DNA of 64,000 nucleotides from Phyllosticta citribraziliensis (Eukaryota): NCBI RefSeq assembly GCF_038025025.1, contig NW_027117349.1, positions 1,302,001 to 1,366,000 of the forward strand, read 5' to 3'. Shown piece by piece: positions 56,099 to 64,000 of this stretch (position 1 is its first letter; each line of letters starts with the position of its first letter). The notes under the pieces were generated by a model. It saw only the letters and a program-made list of their open reading frames with translations, ran no database searches and was not told where the DNA came from. The position numbers and the translations under genes were made by a program.

Positions 56099-59040
56099 AT
56101 GGACGACGCTCACGCCAAACCAGAACGACCGCAGCCGCCCGCACGCAGCAGCTCCCTGCGCCGTCTTCTCCGTGCTACTTCGTCGTCGTCCAGATCTTCA
56201 CCAAGCCCTTCTCCAGCGTCTCCACGATCCAGCTTGTCTTCTCCACAGCCTCGCCTTGACCCGCGCACTCCGCCATCCGGCTTCGCTTCGCTCCAAGACC
56301 TGCCCCGGCGCCTCCTCAACCAGGGGAACAGTGCGTCTCGGCACCGCTTCTCTCAGGAACACCGCCAACCAACACCGAGCACCCTCCGCAACAGCTCCCC
56401 TCTAACCCAATCCTCGACTCCCTCGTCGACGCGCCCGTCTCGTCTGACCGTGCCACCATCTTCGTCCTCGCGAAACTCGCCCGCAGACGCCACTCCACCC
56501 TCTAGGCGCTCCCTCTTGTCCCCCGGCCCACGCCGCCCACACACTTCGCTCGGCGCAAATGGCATAGCGACCTCGAATGGACCGCCCGCCGCTCTCTTGA
56601 CACGAAGAAAATCAAACAACGTCCTGCGAGTCTCTCACCCGTCTCCACGCGTGCCCTCTGCCTCTGCCGTCATCTCTCCCGACACGCCCACCTTCACCTC
56701 GTCCTACCAAAATTACAAACTCGCGCGCAAGGCCAGCCAAGCCGCGCTCGCGCAACAGCCAGACAAACCTACACCTCTGAGCGGTAGGGTCAAGAGTCTT
56801 CCCGTCTCTCGCGCGACGAGCCCGCTGCCACACGTAAACCGAAGGAGAAGCATCTCGGGGCTCATGGACTCGGACAACCAGTCCGACTACGACTTTGCAT
56901 GCTCTCACAATGGGCAGCCCGAGCAGAGCAAAGCTGGCTCGGGTGCTGAAAAGCCATCAAATTCGGAGGACTTGTTTTTGAACATTGCCCAGGACAGCCC
57001 ACAACAAGACGGAGACGACGATACGGTGAAGCTTGAGCGCAGAAAGGTAAGTCAATGCGCAGTTTCCACTTTAATCCCCGGCAAGCCCCGACTACTTTCA
57101 CCCTGGTCAGAGTCAAGCCCGCCATGGTCTGCATTGATACACAGCCCCTTTAGCTCGCCTTTTCCTTGGTCGCCTGCCCTGATTCGTCTGCGTGAGCGAT
57201 CTTGGCCAAGGGAGCCATATCTACTGTCGAATCCCCCGAGCGTTTCACAGTCTCCGCTTGCTAACGGCTACACCAGTCGAGAATCGCCCGCTTGACCCGT
57301 CAGTCGCTGTCTGTAAACTCATTGGATCGATCCGCAACCGAAAGCGACGCCAACACGCCGACGCTCGAAACGCGAATGCAGTCGCATTACAGGCGGGTAT
57401 CTCAGCTGCCATCGCCCTCTTATAGGGCGCCGCTGTCAGCCCGGGAGCCTCCATCGGGTGTTACGGCATCATTTCCGGCCGACAACTCCAGAGTCCGTTC
57501 CTTTGGACTATCAGGACGATCAAGGGAGGAAGAAGCCTTGCAGGGCAGAAGATCATCCATCGGGGACGGCATAAGGTCGGGATCGACTGCAAGCAACAAC
57601 AAGTACCGCTACTCGAGCATTGGCTACACCCAGCGCCAAACCCAGCCGTCGGCCTCTTTGGAAAGCTCGCCGGAAATCACGTCCAGACAAGAACGCCCGG
57701 AGAAACAAGCCACAAACGACGGCTCCGATTCACTCGAGTCGACCACTGCAGTATCGACCATTTGGGACGAATTGGACGACCTCAAGTCTCGAATCAAGAA
57801 GATGGAGCTTACCGGAAGAATTCCCCCAAGCTCCGGTGCCGCAATGATGAACGGAGTCGAGTCGGTCAGCCGACCCCGAACGGCCACCACCCAGGCGACA
57901 TCTGTCATTTTGTCTCCAAAGCAAGCAAAAAGGTCGGTTGCTGGTGCATCGCCGCCAGAAACAACGGTATCTGGCGCAGTTGCAGGGGCTGCTGCGGCCA
58001 GCCACCCATTGCTGCACTCTGCATTGGCCAAATGCAAGGATCAAATCGGACCTGCGCTCTACAGAGTTTTGGAAAATACCGCGACTGAGGCTTTGGAGCT
58101 CGCGGCCATGACGGGAAATGCTGGCCAGAGCTCTGCCGTCTCTGTCGCCAGCGGTGTACAATCATCCGATCGCCAGCTCAGACGAAAGGCCGACAACATG
58201 TGCCGGAATCTCACAGATCTTTGCATTGCGATTTGCGACAGCACGCAGAGTGTAAAGAGTCCGCCATTGAAGTCTCCAGCAATGGTTGTGTCCTCGAGAA
58301 GACGGAGCCTTCACATCAATGGAGACCGTGACGAAAAGGAATACCATCAACCAATTTCAAGAGCTGGGAGCGCAGAACCTGATGGAGAGATGGCCAGAAA
58401 CAGCCCGAGCCGCGCATTGCATCGCATTGAAGCGCGTCGGGCCAGTACGCTGCTCGGCAATCAGACTGGGAGCGCTGGAAACAGCCCACGCGAAGGCACA
58501 GACCGGGACCGCACAACGCCAACTCAACAATCGGGAAAATACCAGCCACGCTCTGGCTCCAGCCTACTTCGTCCTCGCCGAGCTACCGTCACCAATGACG
58601 ATGCGCCGAATCAGGAGGAAGAGACTTCCAACCTCCGCGTTCCCTCGCGCGCCTCGACAGACTTTGTCCAACGAAACACCAACAATCGCAATCGCTTGTC
58701 TCGAGAGTACACTTCCAATGTCCCTTTGCCAGACGGCGCTTCCTCGGTTGCGCAGCTGCATACGAGTACTTCTCTTAGGAGATCGGGGACAGTTGCAACA
58801 GAGCAGCCAAGCGTGCAGCAACCGTCCAGCTCCGGCCTCTTGTTTCGTGACCGCGGTGAACGCAAATACACGCCGCCATCAAACGAAGCTCCTCGCTACA
58901 CGGACGGGTATGGCAGCGACGAGCGCCGACAAAGACTAGGCCTCTACTCCAGCTCGACCCCCCGAACTCCTACAGCTTCAAGCCTGCCTTTTGGAGGGCG
59001 CTCGCTGAGCCTATCCCGACGCCTCCGTCAGGACACTTGA
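56099..59040 (+). CDS. Large Ser/Arg-rich disordered protein with a short coiled coil; exons 56099-57046, 57277-59040
   Basis: GTAAGT donor at 57047 and GCTAAC...CAG acceptor at 57276 join ERRK/SRIARL in frame. Ordered islands STTAVSTIWDELDDLKSRIKKMELTG and HPLLHSALAK...RQLRRKADNMCRNLTDLCIAICD. Confidence 0.8.
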
Positions 59041-60658
59041 AGTCCTCTCTCCTAGGCCAACACCTCGTCCGGCCAGACACCTAATTTCCTTGTCTCTCCG
59101 ATACCCACCTGATACCAACCACCTTTCATACCCCCTCCCACTTGGACGCATGTTCTTCAACATTTCCGTTTGTCTCTTGGCGTTCCTCGAGCATTGTACG
59201 GCGCTCCTAGGCCTGGCTCTTTTACGCCTCCCACGAACGGCGCTCTCGTGTTCTGGCGTTTTTTTTCGATTCGATGAACAACACCTCAAACGCATCTCAG
59301 ATGCTCATCCCGCTGCACCAGCCATCCACCAACTCTTCGCAACCCCCGGGTCATCCCGCGTCTGCCATACGGCATTTCCTTTACCTGTACCACCACATGA
59401 CATCCAGTCATTTCTAAGCTATGACGTTCTCTATTTTCCTTGGTCTCTTTTTGGTTGTAGATATAAAAGCAGCCCATCGGCAATGTCTCTTTTTCATTGG
59501 ATTAGAAGTCAAGTAGCGGAGTTGAGTGAGAGAAGAGCCGGGGACCTGCGAAGTCTTTTTTGGGGATCTTGGCGCAGTCGGACCAGTCTTTCCACGCGGT
59601 CGGTAAACGTTTTTGACGAAGTCCATGGACCATGTCGCTATGTTTGCTGGGTGGAACACTGGAGGAGCCTCCCTTTTTTGGAAAGCAAAATGGCCTGATG
59701 CATTCACAATGCACTTTTTGGGAAGTGTTCTCACGAAAGCACGCGAGATGTCGGGATGAGATGTACGTGTTGTGTTGTTTTAGTGTTGGCCTAGTCTTTG
59801 TGCGGTTTTTTTTTTCGGGAGTTAGCAGCAGCAGCCAAGGAAATGTCACGGTTTCGTCCATGACGTTTTGGTCCCTTTTGCTTTTTTCGGTTGGATGACT
59901 CGTCACAATAGCGATCTTTCCACAATTCGATCCACGCAGACTGGCCTTATCGTTGAGATATTTAGTTGGCGGTTTGTCGTCGACGGCGGTTGGGTTGCAG
60001 GCCGTCTCGATTGGCTTGAGACAGCGGCCGGCCACGTGACTGACGTCAAGCCCACCTCACCCACCACACCATGCGGCGCATCATCTGCCATGTGCCTCGT
60101 CCAGCGGTCGCCCGCCAGGATTCTCGTCGTCGCTCACACCGCGCGTGCGCTTATTACGTGACTAGGCCCTGGCGGATCACTCACTCACTCACATCTCTCC
60201 TGTCCCCCTCCTAATCTAGGTAGCCTTCACCATCGTCTTTTCGCACCGTCCGCCGGCGCGATCCCTCTCGCACCCACCGTTGTCGCGCCCACCCATACTC
60301 AGACAGCGCATCACGCGTCTCTACCCAGGCACGCCCGCGTGTTTGTGTTCCTTCCCGCGCGAGCAGTAGCCGTTGGTTGCGTGCGAGCAAGAGGTGAGTC
60401 AGTTGGCGTCTTCTCTTTTCTGGCGGTGCTGGTGTCAGGCAGATAGCAGCCGTCAGTCAAATGTCCTATCTGCACCCCTTCCCCGCGGTCCTCCTCGTCT
60501 CCTACCCTCCGCTCTACCCTGGCAATAGCAGTTTTGCGGATCGCAGCGTTCTTTGCTCTTCAGATACCGAAATACGACAGCACGGCTTCACTTCTCTCGC
60601 CTCGAGCATCGCACACGCACAACACGCAGAACGAGAAGAAGACGAAAAGCAAGAAACC

Positions 60659-61313
60659 ATGTCACTGACGCTCCCGCCGCGGGTTCCTCTGCCAGACTCC
60701 TCCTCCCCATCAGACTCAGAAACACCACCGCCGCAGCAGCCGACCTACCAAACCGCCATCCAGCAATTCAAGCAGCTCGTCACCGCCGCCATGGAGTGGA
60801 GCAAGCGCAAATATAACGAGCAGTACGAGCGCTGGGTGCCGTGGCTCGAGGACTGGTACCTGAAGCTGTTTACGCGGGACAACAAGGCGAGCTACGCGGC
60901 GAAAGGTGCGCTTGTCCATCCCCATCCCCATCTCTATCCCCACTCCACTCCACTCTATCCTCCTTCGACCATGTCGAAAACTGACGAAATGCGCATCATC
61001 AGACCACCTCTCACAAACCAAAGTGTCCGGCAACGACGACGTCGACGCGCTGCAAGACGCCGCAAACACTGCGGCTGCGGACCAGCTGGGCCAGGACGGC
61101 GTCGCGCGCCCTGTCGGCGACGTCGTGTCTAAGGAGGCGCTGAATCGCGCGGAGCGGCAGGGCAGGGATGAGGATGGTGGGTATGTGCCGAGTCAGGGCG
61201 CTACTACGGGTGAGCAGTTGAGTGGTGGTGCAGTTCCTGGGGTGGAGATTTTGGCGGCGGAGAAGGGAAAGGGTAAGGGGAAGGGGAAGGGGTGGTTTGG
61301 TGGGAAGAAGTAG
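60659..61313 (+). CDS. Small hypothetical protein; exons 60659-60905, 61003-61313; probable 5'-UTR intron 60393-60563
   Basis: ATG in AACC context. YNEQYERWVPWLEDWYLKLFTRDNKASYAAK/DHLSQTKVSG...LGQDGVARPVGDVVSKEALNRAERQGRDEDG is joined by a GTGCGC...CTGAC...CAG intron. Confidence 0.75.
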
Positions 61314-62043
61314 GGGGGTTGGTGGGTGTGGTGAAGGGGAAATGGGAGTAGGTGGGAGTGGGAAGAGTGGTGCTGAGATATCCGTGTTTGCTTGGTTTTG
61401 CTTCTTGGTTGGTTTCGTCTTGCCGTGCTTTCGCAGATGTACGTCCTATTGAAGACTTGTTCGATGAATGAATGTAATGATCTGATGCTTGACTTCGTTG
61501 ACTATCTTGATGTGTTCAAGTTGAGGTTGACCTCCTGCGCCATCTCAAGCTTCGCCATCGCTCAGTCACTCCATCAGTCTATCTACCCCCTAGCATTCCG
61601 AACCCCAACAGGAGCTCTCACAACACCATAACCACACACAAGTGAGCGCAACTCACATGCCCCTGAACGAAAACACCAACACCGCTGCTGCCTTCAAGCA
61701 AACCACACATGTCATCACGCGCTCGCCTGCGCTGCTGCCACATAGAGCCCCTGCCCCCTGACGCTCACATGCGAACGCGATACCCCTGAGCAAATCAGGA
61801 GGCTCTATTCACAGCTTCACATGCGTGATCTGGTCCAGTGACTGGCGCAATGACCGGGCGGTCCGTGAACTTGCTGTTATATACTTTGGCCTTCTGCCTG
61901 CTGCTTCTTCTACTCTTCTTCTCTCTCCACTCATCCTCATCTTCATCTTCAGCGGATCTACTGCTCTCGTCTTGATTGATATATCATTTTATTGCTACCA
62001 GGTGGACGACTCAGCTGCAAGGAAGCGGAAGCGAGTGCTCAAG

Positions 62044-62868
62044 ATGGATTCCAACACCTCTTATTCAAAGTCGAACTCGATATCTACATTCTCCTCCGAC
62101 CATCCACCTACGGTAAACTGCGAGCAGCCTACACAGCAAACAAACAACGACAACAACACCAAAGCCTCTACCAGCGACACCGAAACAGTCAACATCTCCA
62201 CCAGCACAACCGAAAACCCCAGCATCTCCAACATCCCAAACGCCACCACCGAACATACCACCGTCAACAAAACCAAAACCAAACCAACCAACTCTCTAAA
62301 CAGCCACTTTACCCTCGCAACCGAATTCCTCGCCGTGCTGTCCGACTACACAGAAATCCTATCCCGCATCGAGCACGAAAACGCCGCCCTGCTCGCCGCT
62401 TACCGCCTCATCGCCACCAGCCGCGCCCGCATGACGCGCGCCTTCAACGACGTGGCGAAAGCGCGACAGCGCATGGCGCGCTTGTTTGAGCGCGCGCGGG
62501 AGCAGCAGATACAACAGACGCAGGCGAGCGAGGCCTGTGCTGGCTCTGACGACGCGGACACGATGAAAGCGCTGCAGCTGGATGCCAGGCGCTGGGATAT
62601 TATGCGGGGCTACGAGCGGCTGTATCGCGAGCGCAAGCGGGTCGAGCGCGAGATGCTGTCGGTGGAGAAGGACAAGGAGAGAAGGGTTGATGCGGAATGG
62701 GTGCTGGCTATGTTTTCGAGGGTGGCGGAGAAGGGCCTGTTTGAGGCGCCCGTTGTGGTTGAGAGAAGGGAGGGGCGTGGTGGTGAGGGTGAGGGCGATT
62801 TGGACGATGAGGATGGTGGCGAAGAAGAAGAAGAGGAGTCGGCGGATGAGCAGCAGGAGTTGGTTTGA
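62044..62868 (+). CDS. Hypothetical protein: T/N/S-rich N-terminus, helical or coiled-coil middle, acidic tail
   Basis: 274-codon ORF from ATG 62044 (AAG ATG G), with a TATATA-like element near 61878 and gene-like compositional polarity. Confidence 0.6.
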   Translation: MDSNTSYSKSNSISTFSSDHPPTVNCEQPTQQTNNDNNTKASTSDTETVNISTSTTENPSISNIPNATTEHTTVNKTKTKPTNSLNSHFTLATEFLAVLSDYTEILSRIEHENAALLAAYRLIATSRARMTRAFNDVAKARQRMARLFERAREQQIQQTQASEACAGSDDADTMKALQLDARRWDIMRGYERLYRERKRVEREMLSVEKDKERRVDAEWVLAMFSRVAEKGLFEAPVVVERREGRGGEGEGDLDDEDGGEEEEEESADEQQELV

Positions 62869-63251
62869 GGTCTGCTTTGAGAGAGTCAGTGAAAGTGTGT
62901 GTGGGAGGAAGTGAATGGCGGATAAGATTGACAAATGGACGGGCGTGGTGGACTCACGGTGTTCAAAGGCGGACGGGACAGTGTGCATTTTTGGGAGTAT
63001 CCAGCTCAATCGAGTCGGCGGACTGATTTCCATTCCATCTTCCTCTACTTTTCTACATAGGACTGATATTCACGGCGAACAACCCAGGCAAAGAAAACAA
63101 ACAATCACCTCACTACTCGCCCGTCACAACGCCCAACGAGCTCAATCAACAGACCTCCCACACTTCTCCAAACAAGCACCAAACCAAACCCAAACAAAGG
63201 AACTCCTTCACCGCCTTCCACCCAAACAAAACCAAGATCAAGGCCTGCTCA

Positions 63252-63815
63252 ATGGCCCTCCTCGCCCCCATCGAATCCGCAAACTTCATCTCCGCCATCC
63301 CCAACCCGCTCCACCGCATGTCTTTCATGCTGCACCACGGCACCGGCCTCCTGTGCCACCTTATTGCGCGTCTCGATGCGCGTAGCGCTGAACTCAACTT
63401 TGAGCATCTGCTTGAAGACTCGGACGTCATCTTGGTCACCACCGCTGTCGACGCCGACGCGCCCACAACCTCATCCTCTCCCGCCGCCGCTGCTGCTGTT
63501 GACGACAACCAAAACACACACACAGCAAACACCGGCATCGTAAAAGCTGCCCCGTCATTCAACGACACCTGCGCCCGCGATCTGCGCGCCGCGCACGACG
63601 TCATGCGACAGGCGCTGTGGACGCTGGAGGAGCTCGAGACGCCGGACGCCACTACTATTGCTGCTGCTGAATTCGACGTCGCTGCGCTCGATGAGGCTAA
63701 GGCGGGCGTTGAGGAAATGGCGAAGTTGCTGTTTTGGGCTGAGGATATAGTGGGTTTGATTGAGGTCAAGTGTCAGGGATTGCGCGAGCAGGTTTTCAAT
63801 ACTGTTGAGGGATAA
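63252..63815 (+). CDS. Hypothetical acidic helical protein (187 aa)
   Basis: ATG in CTCA ATG G context, coding-like codon usage, followed by a G-rich 3' region like the other genes here. Confidence 0.55.
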   Translation: MALLAPIESANFISAIPNPLHRMSFMLHHGTGLLCHLIARLDARSAELNFEHLLEDSDVILVTTAVDADAPTTSSSPAAAAAVDDNQNTHTANTGIVKAAPSFNDTCARDLRAAHDVMRQALWTLEELETPDATTIAAAEFDVAALDEAKAGVEEMAKLLFWAEDIVGLIEVKCQGLREQVFNTVEG

Positions 63816-64000
63816 TGGTGGGGTTGGAGGGTGCATAGAAGCTGAAGGGGGGATTCATGGGAGGCAATAGAAGGTGAAAGGTCTGGGGGGTCGTTGGAAT
63901 GCGTGGTGTGGGCGTGTGTTGGAAAGATGGCTGCATGTCGACGTGGAGTACGGAGGTGGTGTTTCGGGCCGGATGTGTCAGGGAAAATGTGTCTGTGGTC

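Noticed and set aside
1..64000. Secondary-metabolite cluster, CRISPR array, tRNA/rRNA genes, TGA-CTA readthrough PTS1 extensions
   Set aside because: No PKS/NRPS/terpene backbone, no repeat-spacer array, no tRNA/rRNA signatures, and none of the stop codons I checked has the readthrough context.

Overview
Gene-dense, intron-containing fungal genomic DNA. It is from a filamentous ascomycete; the microsatellite-rich UTRs, short GT-AG introns with CTAAC/CTGAC branch points and GC-rich coding sequence are compatible with a Dothideomycete, but that is not provable from this window. About 21 protein-coding genes can be reconstructed by hand. Recognisable core genes are a bZIP TF (5' part outside the window), Stm1-like RGG protein, TAF11, RPL4, a Pmp1/Msg5-like MAPK phosphatase, a BAG protein, an ASG1-like Zn2Cys6 TF, RPL16 (uL13), an acyl-CoA synthetase, MOT1 and PRP45/SNW1. 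Accessory or unassigned genes are a HeLo-like/NACHT NLR-type gene, a secreted alpha/beta-hydrolase with four WSC domains, a small ankyrin protein, a multi-pass membrane protein and several hypothetical proteins. I saw no rRNA, tRNA, CRISPR or intact transposon. The best leads are: (1) an AUG-less in-frame upstream extension of the BAG gene that encodes a transmembrane helix and has a GTG in strong initiation context; (2) an NLR-like gene with no sensor repeats and an ambiguous 3' end; (3) a disordered protein with NuSAP-like, SILK/RVxF and KEN motifs; (4) long intronic hairpins in RPL4 and STM1 plus a motif triplet shared upstream of both ribosomal protein genes; (5) a GC-AG intron that decides the bZIP C-terminus. 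Exon boundaries were read by eye and need RNA-seq confirmation.
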